From Eledone cirrhosa (Eukaryota): a stretch of DNA of 39,000 nucleotides. A program made the position numbers and the translations under genes. Every line of letters starts with the position of its first letter. Position 1 is the stretch's first letter. The notes beneath the pieces were generated by a model. The model worked only from the letters and a program-made list of their open reading frames with translations. It made no database searches and was not told the origin of the DNA. Shown here piece after piece: positions 1-11,030 of this stretch. The stretch spans positions 1 to 39,000 of the forward strand of contig CAXHJY010001480.1 in the NCBI GenBank assembly GCA_964016885.1. The letters run 5' to 3'.

Positions 1-330
1 GAGGTTATGGATGAAAAGAAGGATGGAGCTGGTGAGGTGGGAGGAAGTGGAGTTGAGGTGAAGAAGGGTTTGGGGTAGGTTGTGGTCGAGGTTGCGGATG
101 TAGAGAGGGGGGAGCAGATTGAGACGTACAAGAGGAGATGGGAGGAGCGGGTAAGAATGTGTTGGGTTGGGAGTAATGAGAGGGGGGAGGCGTGGAAATG
201 GAGCCGAAATCCGGGGGGATGAGGAGTAGATGGAGGCAGCGGATGTGGCTGGAGAGCCGGGTCTTAGCAAAGAAGTGGTAGGAGAGTTAGAGGGAGGGTT
301 GGAGGGATGGTTGGAGGTAGCATGGAGGGA
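1..330 (-). mobile_element. Possible decayed N-terminal coding fragment of a Penelope-like element
   Basis: Minus strand is C/T-rich and reads ...LSSHIRCLHLLLIPPGFRLHFHA..., resembling the H..L..C.....IPxG N-terminal motif of Penelope-like ORFs. Degenerate. Confidence 0.3.
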
Positions 331-971
331 GGAGAAGTGTGAGGTGGTGTTTGAGGTGGGTGTGGAGTTGGTGGAGGAAGGATTACAGGTTAGGTATAGT
401 AGGGACGGGGAGTGGGAAAGGGGTGTCCTAAGGGGAGACGGTAGTCAAAATAAAAAAACGAAAAACAAATAAAAAATACAGATTGAAAGCAATGGGGGAG
501 GGGTCGTGAAGGGTGGAGAGAAATGGAGAGCGAGAGTGAGAGAGAGTGAGACGGAGATAGATAGAAAGAGAGAGTGAGAGGGAGAGAGATTGAAAGAGAG
601 AGGACCGAAATATCGAAAAATGGTGGATAACATTCATTAGTACTTCCTCAGATTTTCCATATATGTCTACATTTATCCATTTATTTTTAAATTAACTGTG
701 TTAGATATCAAATCAGTTAATATTCGAAATAATTTACAGTGGTAGATTCTCTGTACGTTTGAAATGTTTTTTTCTCCTAAAATATCCCATATTTACTCTA
801 TGTTCACTAATAGTAGACACAGGTTTTTATACAATTTCTTATCGTATTCATTTTGTTCAATCTCTTATCGTTCTACATATCTGAAAACAAACATAAAAAT
901 CACAGTAAACTTACATGTATATATAATGTGATAAGTGGACAACTATAATTGTTTCGTATGCTATTTAACAA

Positions 972-1234
972 CTAGCCCCATGCCGTCAAAAATGACGGCT
1001 AATTGTAATATCTATATATAATATAAAAAAGAGTCGTTTGTTGGTTGGTTGCTTCCTTCGAGCCCACTCACACAAGTGATACGAACATGCAAACACTCAG
1101 CTGTGACGAATCTTAGAATACTTGACTTCTATAGTTTCTCACACCCTCCTTCCTCAGTCAACGTAACCACCCCTTCCTTTTTCCACATCTCTCGAGCGTT
1201 CCGGACAAATACACTCGGCTTTTATATTAGTAGA
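972..1234 (-). mobile_element. Non-autonomous Helitron-like element (263 bp)
   Basis: Minus strand starts TCTACTAATATAAAAG at 1234 and ends with hairpin GCCGTCA-TTTT-TGACGGC, then atgggg-CTAG (975-972) followed by T. This matches the canonical TC...hairpin-CTRR architecture. Confidence 0.6.
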
Positions 1235-1268
1235 CTAGCTGACCCCGTGCCGTAAAAATGACGGCTAA
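1235..1268 (-). mobile_element. 3' end of a second related Helitron copy abutting the first
   Basis: Minus strand gccgtcatttttacggcacggggtcag-CTAG is joined directly to the TCTAC start of the 972-1234 element. The 5' end of this copy was not located. Confidence 0.55.
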
Positions 1269-1762
1269 AGTGTAGATGTGTATTTGTATATACCTTTCAA
1301 CTGCGGTCGTTTTATATTCTTGATAATTCTAATTTATTTCAATATTGCTAAGCTCGCGGGATTTGAAATTATGAATTTAGTAGTCTGTGAGGTCCGAAAG
1401 GGTGGCGGAAAAAAAAAACTGATTAACAATTTAGGACTAATGTTATTGTAGAACATCTTGTAGGAAAATGCAGCTGTGGACCTTCCTCAGTCGCCGTGGT
1501 TCAATAAGTCAATGAATGGTCTTTTAATGTCTTTAGATTATTTTGATATGGATGTCAATATCAGAAATTTTAAATTTAACAAGACGTTGAGAGTTTGTTA
1601 CAATTAAAAATGGTGTACATATTTATTATTTAAATGCTTTTTGACCTATCTCAACATAAAAAAACACAGGTATATATAACATATAAATGAATATGAAAGA
1701 ATGACATAATACATTTAAATATACAATATATTTTATAAAAGTGAGTTTAAATTACAACTTAC

Positions 1763-1825
1763 CTTCCATAGTTGTATGCTCAAATATGGGAGAATCCTAG
1801 TCAAACGAATCTGGGGAAGAATTGG
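1763..1825 (-). CDS. Mini-exon (63 nt) of the tandem-exon gene; contains an in-frame TAG in phase 1 (terminal or decayed exon)
   Basis: Acceptor ttttttcttattttag| and donor |gtaagttgtaatttaaac. Phase-1 reading: (S)NSSPDSFD*. Confidence 0.5.
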
Positions 1826-1992
1826 CTAAAATAAGAAAAAAATAAAAATTAAATGAAGATATACGATTGAACAATAGGCACATAAGTATACATGCAAAAC
1901 CCCACACAAATATAAATACATATATTTATATGTAGAACACGGAGGTTATAGTCGCAGTAGTAGAGCACTCAGTCCATGGACGAGTTTCCTTC

Positions 1993-2173
1993 GAAGTTAG
2001 TTCCACAACAGATAATAAACCATTTTCAAGGACAGGGGTTTCACCTTGCAGATTTCAACTCGAGTGTATGGGCTATAGCCGAAGAACGGTAGCCTTCCGT
2101 TCTTCGGCTATAGCCCAGTTACTCGAGTTGAAAATCCGCAAGGTAAAACCCGTGACCTCTTGGAACTAACTTC
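1993..2173. repeat. Imperfect palindromic element with degenerate hammerhead-like motifs in both arms
   Basis: Outer arms gaagttagttcca/tggaactaacttc; inner arms gggctatagccgaagaacgg/ccgttcttcggctatagccc. Confidence 0.8.
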
Positions 2174-2190
2174 TATATATATATATATAT

Positions 2191-2350
2191 GGTTTCCAAA
2201 AGTCCCATTGTGGTGAATTAATTCTTGAGGACAAGGAAATAAGGAAGGTGGATAACTTGAAGACTTTGGTGAAAGCAAATCCCCCCACAGCTGTTTGAGA
2301 GCTTAAAGGAGATCTAGGAGTAAGCATTAGAAGAGTTTTTGAAAATGTGA
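2191..2350 (+). mobile_element. Mariner transposase N-terminal (HTH) fragment, degenerate
   Basis: Reads GELILEDKE...DNLKTLVKANP..ELKGDLGVS across frameshifts, matching the mariner LED.....L...V.ANP..T.RELA..LGVS pattern. Confidence 0.5.
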
Positions 2351-2370
2351 ATGTTTAAATTATAACTTGC

Positions 2371-2433
2371 ACTGTGTATATGTACAGTCATTCACGAATG
2401 TATCATTGACCGGAGTCTCTACGTGAGGCTCGT
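2371..2433 (-). CDS. Mini-exon (63 nt, phase 1-1), GC donor
   Basis: Acceptor cgttattttttccag| and donor |gcaagttataatttaaac. Reads (Y)EPHVETPVNDTFVNDCTYTQ. Confidence 0.6.
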
Positions 2434-2523
2434 CTGGAAAAAATAACGAAGAAAATAAGGAAAAAGTGAGAGAGAGAGAGGGTTTGCTATTATTTTCTTC
2501 GTTATTTTTTCCAGACGAGCCTC
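2425..2523. repeat. Perfect 34-bp inverted repeat (2425-2458 / 2490-2523)
   Basis: gaggctcgtctggaaaaaataacgaagaaaataa and its exact reverse complement. Confidence 0.9.
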
Positions 2524-2561
2524 TCATTCTCTCTCTCACTTTCTATCTCTCTCCCTTTCTC

Positions 2562-2606
<45 letters not shown>

Positions 2607-3099
2607 TATGATAGCTTCCCCTTCGTTATCGAGTATGGCCATTGCACGAGAAAAAAAAACATATATATATATACACATATATATATATATATATTAATAA
2701 CAATAATAGTAATAATAATAACAACAATAATAATAACGACAACAACAATAATAATATACATATATATATATATATATGGTGGCTGCCAACTCGTTTTCGA
2801 GTACAGCCACTACTTTATATCCATGTAGGAGAACCCCTACCGATGCGCTGAATGAGTGTGACTTTTTAGTCCAGCCAGCAACTTGAAAACTCTGGTACAA
2901 ACACTACACTTGTGACAATTATTGAAACATAGTGCTGGGCCCATGGTCCCATGTGACGACAAGTGCAGAGAGATCTCCAGATATAAAGCAATGCCTGTGC
3001 CATGAAGCTTTTATAGTGAGCAAAGGCACTGCACAAAATCAGTCCCACTCTCTTGACCAAGATTATATTTACCAAAAAGAACAAGTCAACATCATTGGA

Positions 3100-3379
3100 T
3101 ACCATCAGGGTTGCAGGTGTTATATCAGAGTTTTCCTTCTCCTAGAATTCTGCCTTGACAAAGGCTAAGGGGTCATCTCTCCCAGTGATTTTGGATGGCC
3201 ATTGATTCTTAAGAGGTCCTTTGCCCTTTGACAGGATTTGGTTTTAGTCCCGCAGGATGTCCAAAGTCACCCTCCTCACCAAGAAACCTTGGTGGGGTTG
3301 CCAGTTAAGTCGCCAACGACCCGACCATGACACAGGTTGTACTGGGATACATGTTACCAGTAGCACCAACTGATGACCT

Positions 3380-3380
<1 letters not shown>
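3100..3380. mobile_element. Interspersed repeat fragment (possibly an RTE-type 5' UTR or SINE); inverted partial copy at 4055-4207
   Basis: 3209-3353 is the diverged reverse complement of 4055-4207. The segment ttttccttctcctag..ctgcct....aaggct resembles RTE 5'-region sequence as I recall it. Confidence 0.45.
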
Positions 3381-3382
<2 letters not shown>

Positions 3383-3461
<79 letters not shown>

Positions 3462-3522
3462 TAGATAGATATATATATATGTATGTATGTATATATATAT
3501 GTATATATATATATATATATAT
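3383..3522. repeat. (TA)n microsatellite
   Basis: Seen directly. Similar TA/TACA tracts lie at about 3832-4026, 4210-4358, 7444-7550, 10628-10756 and 33744-33809. Confidence 0.95.
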
Positions 3523-3595
3523 TAGAAAGTGAGGTTTTTTTTACAAAATGAAAAATAACCGAGGTGTCCTACACGAGTGGAAGTATAAAGAAAAT

Positions 3596-3823
3596 GAGAT
3601 GAAATCGAAAATGCAACTGAAGTCTTATTTAAAAAAAATATATATATATTTATTTGGTTCCTTTACCGGTTTCGCAGTTCTTCTGCTTTTCAAAAGGTGA
3701 GTTGAGATGGAGGGTCTGTGGTTTTTCTCACATGTGAAGAACTCCGAAACCGGTAAAGGAACCAAATAAATATATATATTTTTTTAAAAAATAAGACTTC
3801 AGTTGCATTTTCGATTTCATCTC
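3596..3823. repeat. Palindromic element with ~88-bp arms, typical of inverted Penelope pLTR remnants
   Basis: gagatgaaatcgaaaatgcaactgaagtcttattt...ggttcctttaccggtttcg(c)agttcttc is mirrored by gaagaact(c)cgaaaccggtaaaggaacc...tcgatttcatctc. Confidence 0.9.
3660..3697 (-). ncRNA. Minimal type I hammerhead ribozyme motif, U3:A8 core variant
   Basis: Minus strand CCTT-TTGAAAA-GCAG-AAGAA-CTGC-GAA-ACCGGT-A-AAGG: stem I CCTT/AAGG, stem II GCAG/CTGC, palindromic stem III, GUA cleavage triplet. Confidence 0.65.
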
Positions 3824-3828
3824 TTTTT

Positions 3829-3877
<49 letters not shown>

Positions 3878-4221
3878 CATACATACATATATATATTTAC
3901 ATACATACATATATATATTTACATACATACATATATATATTTACATACATACATATATGTATTTACATACATACATATATGTATTTACATACATACATGT
4001 ATGTATGTATGTATGTATGTATGTATGTATGTATGTATGTATGTATGCATATCCCATGTATCCCGGTACAATCTGTCTCATGGTCGGGGCGTTGGCGACT
4101 AAACTGACAACCCCACCACCCCACCAAGGTTTCTTGGTGAGGAGGGTGACTTTGGACATCCTGCAGGACTAAAAACAAAACCTCTCAAAGGGAAAAGGAG
4201 CTCTTAATCATATACATATAT

Positions 4222-4359
<138 letters not shown>

Positions 4360-4813
4360 TTCGTTTCTGAATTTGTTTAGCAAGATTCTTTATCTGAAAT
4401 CGTGTGTTGAAACCGATATTGTTATACTTTGGGAGGGTCATGTTGCCAATAAGAAACACACGCACCCGTTGCTTTCATTTCAATTTATTATAATAAATTT
4501 ATAAATTCAGGAATTTATAAATTTCTGGTTGGTTGGTTGGTTCCACAACCAGATAGTTGTTTATATATTGTCAAAGTTCTTTCGTCACACATTATGTGAC
4601 CTCTTCAGTGACTGGGGATTATTTTCTTTGTTTTTGTGCCTCTCCTTTGTTCTGTCCTACGCCATTTTGTTTATGTGTATGTGTTGTGTGCTCAGTCTGC
4701 GCATGCGCCACGTCTGGGTGTCTGTGTGTGTTCATATTTGTTTATTTATTTGTTTATTTACATGTTACCGGTTGGTTGTTTGTTCTATGTGTGTGTGTGT
4801 TTTCATTTTGTCC

Positions 4814-5760
4814 TTAATTGTAAGTTGTGATGTTGCTGTTCCACTCATATTTTCTATTTAATTTTGGTTGTAATTCTTTTATGTTTATTGCCTCTGTGAT
4901 TTGTCTAAACATTGCGTCTTTTCTGTGTGTAGATTCTATTTTATTTCTATGTTCTCTAATTTACCCTTATGTTCTATTTTAGCATGTTGGTAGAGTACAG
5001 ATGATTCTTTACTATCTTGAAGGTCTCGCCAGTGTTCATTTATCCGTTCCCCTACACTACGAACTGTCTCACCTATGTACACTATATTTTTGTCTCTACA
5101 TTATCCTTCAGTACATCTTATGCTATACACTACATTTCTAGTTTTACAGTTAATATGGGGGCTTATTTTACAGGTTATACATTTCTTATCTATACAGGTG
5201 GGTCTTTGGAAAGGGTATGTCTTGCTAATAAGTGTTTTTACGGAGGTACCTGGTCTTTCTACTATCTTAATATTGAGTTTATGCTTATCTAGGGCCCTTC
5301 TAAATTTGTAAGCTAATTCACCTCTAGGGGTTGTATCGATGAACATTACACTCTGGTATTTATTGCTATCATACCATGAGTTTATTCTATTAGCCTTATT
5401 CCTAGTTCTTTCTATTCTATTCCAAAATTTGCTCCCATACAAGGGGCAGGTCCCATTTGTGTCATTATTTACCATTTTTTCCCATTTGGTTCTGGTTCCT
5501 CTATACACTCTGATTCTATCTCTCTGATTGTAAGCAGAGAACTGCATACGGTGGATGAAGTGTTGTATGTGTCTCTCTAGTCCTTCGGGGTTGCACATGC
5601 GGGACACGTTTCTCATCACTTGTACCAAATCCGCAATCAGTATGTTGATTTTGGTATGGTCCGAAACAGCCGAGTTTCGGTGGATCAGATGTTTGGAAGT
5701 CATGGGTTTGGCATAATGGGAATCGAGGATTTGTTTTTTGTTATTAATAACAACACTTAG
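4814..5760 (-). mobile_element. Penelope-like retroelement, 5'-truncated (RT thumb, Cys-rich linker, GIY-YIG endonuclease), pseudogenised
   Basis: HYAKPM..LIH..SA...K (thumb) and CIDKKCITC..C.TRNVVYSIRC. After a stop comes VYIGETVRSVGERINEH, and after a frameshift RQITEAINIKELQPKLNRKYEW. Confidence 0.85.
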
Positions 5761-6100
5761 AATTTAATATTCTATCATACTATTTCATTATAATACCATT
5801 ATAAATTTTAAAGGATTGTAAATAAAACGAGTAAATCAGACAAAGTTGGAATTCCTCTTATTAATACATATATATATATATGCACATATATGAGAGTCCC
5901 GTGTTGAATCGGAGGCAACCACAGCAACTAAGTTACTCAATATATTAGTAGAGTGTATACAACAAATCTAATACAGAAATCGCTTCTAGAGGAATAGAAC
6001 TGTTTCATTCAAAGGAAATCACCAGGGCCACTAAATTCACTAAACTTCCATCAAATGAAACAATTCTAGTCCTGTAGAAGCCATTTCTATATTAAATTTG

Positions 6101-6189
<89 letters not shown>

Positions 6190-6190
<1 letters not shown>

Positions 6191-6892
6191 CTGGAATGTG
6201 AAAGAAACTTGAAAAATGGGTGCTACTTGGATTGAATGAACAACAGGAAATCAGTTTCGAAGTTTGATCTTCGTTTCTTTTGTGCAAGGAAAACTATTCA
6301 TTTCTTGATGGCATTGTTACATGCGATGAAACGTAAATCCTGTACAGAAACTGACCAGGTTCAGTACGGTGGTTGGACAGGAATAAAACTCCTCTACAAG
6401 TTCAAAAAGCAACATAACCACAAAAGATGACTAAGGTAATTGTTTGGTGGCTGCATCCGAATTAATGTAATGCAGCTTTCTGAATCTTGGCGAAACAATC
6501 ACAGCTGAGAAGCATTGTCACAATGAAACAAAGATAGCGTATGTGTCTAGCATTGGCCAATGGAAGAAATTTCCTATCTACTTGCACGACAATGCCCAAA
6601 CTCACTTCAGACATACAACAATCTGGAAATTGAATGGCTTGGGCTACAAAATTCTGCGTAATTCAGCTTACTCAGCGAATAATTTGCCAACTGTTATTTG
6701 CTATTTATTACTTTTTGATGCATTTCAAGAACATGTTAAAGGAAAAGAATTCAACAACCAAACGGCTACAAAATATATCTTTGATGAATTCACCGCCTCT
6801 AAAACTAAAGGATTCTATTTCCCGGAATAAATAAGTACACATCCATCTTGTTGGCAAGCTGTGTAGATTCTGGTGGTTTTTATTCCAATTAA
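6190..6892 (+). mobile_element. Mariner (DD34D-type) transposase pseudogene, catalytic domain
   Basis: Motifs KKLEKWV, FLDGIVTCDET*ILY, VIVWW, FLNLGETITAEKHC, LHDNAQTH, KLNGLGYKIL and AYSANNLPT (YSPDLAP-like), with stops and frameshifts. Confidence 0.9.
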
Positions 6893-6950
6893 TAAAATAT
6901 CACAGTATACAATTCCGTAAAAACTAATAGGTGTTTAAAATTTAACTTAC

Positions 6951-7016
6951 ATGTTGTAAATATATTTTTAGTTGGCGCGTGCGACTCCTTGATAGGAAAT
7001 TTTACGGAAAGCTCGC
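6951..7016 (-). CDS. Mini-exon (66 nt, phase 1-1)
   Basis: Acceptor aattttttttccag| and donor |gtaagttaaattttaaac. Reads (R)ELSVKFPIKESHAPTKNIFTT. Confidence 0.7.
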
Positions 7017-7328
7017 CTGGAAAAAAAATTAGGTCAGTAATTTGTTGTGCAAATAAGTACATAAAGTGACTAAGAAATTGCAGGCCAGATGTTGGCGGAA
7101 GACGTACCGATGCATTTGGTGATTCGTCTTATATAAATTAGTATCTTGTTACAATGATATATAGATTCTAATGGTTTTTAATCTTATCAATAAACTATTC
7201 TGGACTGTGGTAAGGCGTTTGTAATATATTTAATATTTCAAACTGACATAAGTCGTTATAAATGTACTATTCAAAACCTAAATTAATTACTGAATAAGTT
7301 AAAAGATAATGTTTAAATTATAACTTAC

Positions 7329-7379
7329 GCTTTTTAAAAGTACGTGTATGCTTGATTGGTGTCACAGTGGAAGGGCCAT
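7329..7379 (-). CDS. Mini-exon (51 nt, phase 1-1)
   Basis: Acceptor tatatttttcag| and donor |gtaagttataatttaaac. Reads (H)[16 protein letters not shown]. Confidence 0.7.
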
Positions 7380-7431
7380 CTGAAAAATATATACAGAATA
7401 TTAGTAATCCTGTGTATATATATACATATAT

Positions 7432-7462
<31 letters not shown>

Positions 7463-7463
7463 A

Positions 7464-7551
<88 letters not shown>

Positions 7552-7742
7552 CGAAGGATTTGTGGTAAGGAACCAGATGGACCATAACGCACCAGAGCTC
7601 TCAATACTTAGGGTAGTAGAATGGGTAATAGGAAAATGTATGACCCCGACGGCAGAGCTAAAGCCGTACGATGGCTATTTCTGACTCCAGAAATAGCCGT
7701 CGAGACGGCTTGATCTCTGCCGTCAGGGTCATGCATTTTCCT

Positions 7743-7779
7743 ATATATATATATATATATATATATATTGTGTGTCTGT

Positions 7780-7872
<93 letters not shown>

Positions 7873-7885
7873 TGTGTGTGTGTGC
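7743..7885. repeat. Compound (TA)n/(TG)n microsatellite
   Basis: Seen directly. Confidence 0.95.
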
Positions 7886-7974
7886 GTGTACATATATACT
7901 TATATATATATTTATATGTTGCAGAAAATCTTATGAAATATCGTAACCACACACTTTATAACTTCCACTGCTAA

Positions 7975-8225
7975 CCACATTTCTGCCCTCAGCCTCATTA
8001 TCGAAAGATCTCAGGAGTGATCGCTGCCTCTTCGTCACTTTCGTCGACGTCAAGGCGGCTTTCGACACGATCAAACATGCATACATCTGGGGAATTCTTC
8101 AGCTTGTCGGTACGCCTTTCAAGATCACCACCCTGTTCCAGCGGCTCTAAAGCAACTCCGAGAGCTGCTTGCGAGTGATCAGGAAGGAGACCGACTGGTT
8201 CCCATCAACAGCAGGATGTAGAGGA
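7975..8225 (+). mobile_element. Non-LTR (RTE-like) reverse transcriptase fragment
   Basis: Reads CLFVTFVDVKAAFDTIKHAYIWGILQLVGTPFKITTLFQRL*, containing the RT FVD..KAFD motif. Confidence 0.8.
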
Positions 8226-9670
8226 GCTGACACAGGCGATGAAGGGCGTTGGTGAACCTGGTTGGCTCTACGCACGACAAGGCTTTGGGATCACTGGCAA
8301 AAGTAAGAAGAAGAAGAATTTATGCTTGCTCACACACACACACACATCCTATTCCACTAAAAGAACAGGTCGAGGAAAATGGTCTCTCTTGGAGTCATGT
8401 CTGCAAAAAAATACGAAAGAAAATAATAACAATCCTATATGTGTACCATGGGAGGTGATTTTGGTCGAGTTGAAGATCGGGCAGAAGGTGTTGTGGTTGT
8501 TTGAACCAACTAGAACCTTTTCACTGGTTCACGCTTTCTATGCTATGCTTCTCTGTCACACAAATCTAAAACTTTTGAAATTAGCAGACAGTGGCCTGCG
8601 TAAATGTGGTAAGATTTGAACCATGAAACACTGGCCCTGATGAACAGAAATATATGGCTTAGAGTACTGGCTGATACAGTGGGTGTTAGATTGAAGGGGT
8701 TGAACAACGGCAAGTTTTATAAAGAAGGAGAACATTGCAAGTTTGATATAAGAAATACGACTAACACAAAATTGCAGGGCATCTGGGTGATCTCATTTAA
8801 CATGGATGGCAAATCCCACTGCCCCCTTTTTTCCATCTTGTCTTGTGGTGCATGGAATAGATCTTGGTGAAAACTGTGAAGTTAACTGTCCCTTGAGAGG
8901 GGAACAGCCATGAGGCATTCAACAGGAATTCCAGGAAGTACTGTGATTTGGTTGAACTCTGTGGAACCTGCTAATGGGAGGCATCCTGTTTCCATGTCAG
9001 AGGATTTGTTGAAACCAGGGCTCTCTCGCTCCTCAGGGTACTTGGACTGGTGGCAAAGGAAAGGGAACACTCTGAGAAACCCGAGGAAGCGAGTCATTAC
9101 ATCTGATTGAAATGAATGGTGCTCTTGATACATTTAGGTGGAACATCAGACTCAATTAAGATTGTGTTGTGCAGCAGGAGTTTCCTTGCCAACATCGGAG
9201 GGTGGACCTGAGTAACTCTCGTGTCGCAGTAGAAGAGGCTGAAACACGTACAGAGTTACCTCACCACCTGATGAGACATCGACTCCTGTATTTGGGGTAC
9301 AGCAACAAATTCAGCTCAGAACTGAGTATATATATATTTGTACACACGCACATATATATATATGTGGTGTTGTACACTTTAAAAGGTGTTTTGAGTACAT
9401 TCAGTCACATGTCTACCGTATATGTATTTCTATTAATATTTTGCCCATCTCTCTTTGCTTTTGTTAAAAGACAGCCTTAATATTTCGTCCATTCTTCAAT
9501 GTATCTTGTGGGAAAGATGGTGGGATTCAAATGGATTTTATTTTGGTTTCTGTTAAGTCGTATTTCATATAATGTTTAATATTCTGGACTGAAGTAAGTC
9601 GTTATAAATTTAATGTTCAAAACCTATATTTATTTCTGAACAATTTAATAGTGTTTAAATTATAACTTAC

Positions 9671-9733
9671 GATTCATAAAAATATCTTTATACTTGAGTG
9701 ACTCATAAGTAGCAGGCTCTCTGTAAAGCTTGT
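9671..9733 (-). CDS. Mini-exon (63 nt, phase 1-1)
   Basis: Acceptor gtttatttcttccag| and donor |gtaagttataatttaaac. Reads (Y)KLYREPATYESLKYKDIFMN. Confidence 0.7.
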
Positions 9734-9789
9734 CTGGAAGAAATAAACAATATAATAGCAACCGTACACACACATATATATGTATATAG

Positions 9790-10156
9790 TCCTTACCAAC
9801 AGACAGGTTCGACGATCTTTTGATTCCACAGTTTGGCTAGATCGATATAGATCGAACCTTGAGCTAACCAATAACGAAACACGCGCCACTGTCGCTTTTT
9901 TAATGGGCTTTCTCCTCGAGTGTCCCTCTGTCGCTTTTTTAATGGGCTTTCTCCGCGAGTGTCCCTCGGAAATCTCCCTCCTATTGGGAAATTTTCTTTT
10001 GTTTCCTTTTTTTGTCAGTTCCTTTGTTTTATTTTCTTTACACGCGGAAATGCCCACTTGCACCGTCCTGTGCTGTCCTTAATGTTATATTTTGTGTCAA
10101 CCCTTGTGGTTAATAAAGGAAACATTATTATTATTATCATTATCATTATTATTATT
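9790..10156 (+). mobile_element. Retroposon 3' end with AATAAA and (ATT)n tail; internal 39-bp tandem duplication (9889-9927 / 9928-9966)
   Basis: cccttgtggttAATAAAggaaac is followed by an (ATT/ATC)n tail. The duplicated unit is ctgtcgcttttttaatgggctttctcc.cgagtgtccct. Confidence 0.5.
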
Positions 10157-10296
10157 CTTTGAGTCTCAGTCATTAATGTTATTTAACTGGAAAGTTTGTT
10201 GAAATGAATATCAAGCCGCTACCTGCATACTCAGACATTCAGGACGTATCGCAGGGTTCTTGCTGTTCCCATCAAGCATGATTTTTGAAGTTATTA

Positions 10297-10451
<155 letters not shown>

Positions 10452-10623
10452 TCCCCTGTGTCACGCATCGCCTAGGTACTTAGCTGAGAATTGACTTCCG
10501 TGACGAAAGGAATTCTCCATGTTGTTCCATTCGGAAACCATGTTTATTCCCTTTCAGAAACTAATTAGTTAGAGTGAAATTTTAGTAAGTAAGTTAATTT
10601 TTATAGTTTTCTTATTTTACGTC

Positions 10624-10759
<136 letters not shown>

Positions 10760-10899
10760 ATTTTCTATAATCATCACAACTGCCCCTAGAAGCTGCATTT
10801 ATGGTTGCACACACCCACACTTATACGACAACGTTATGTACCATCCACCACACACATATATACATATCTTATCCTATACTCCGCCAACCAGTGGGATGC

Positions 10900-11030
10900 T
10901 CCACTGATTCCACACTTCCCTCTATTCCACAAGGTCATTTATGATTGTCTTGACCTCCTCTACTATCTACATCTATCAGTCTTCTACCAAAGTGACCACG
11001 TAGGTCATTTTCATTTTCGAGAAGGGTTTT
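10900..11030 (-). mobile_element. C-terminal end of the RTE-like LINE ORF split by the satellite
   Basis: Minus strand reads KMTYVVTLVED...VEEVKTIINDLVE*R, matching the RTE C-terminal GRP..TY.D.L..D......M.DR..WR pattern. Confidence 0.65.

Noticed and set aside
230-472. 80-aa Glu/Gly-rich plus-strand ORF
   Set aside because: Low-complexity purine-rich antisense of a probable retroelement remnant, with no recognisable motif.
8440-9250. Decayed LINE endonuclease region on the minus strand
   Set aside because: Only faint hints (GAVGFAI-like); too degenerate to call without an alignment.
9241-9290. Hammerhead suggested by GAAACACGTA and CTGATGAG
   Set aside because: Neither stem I nor stem II can be paired.
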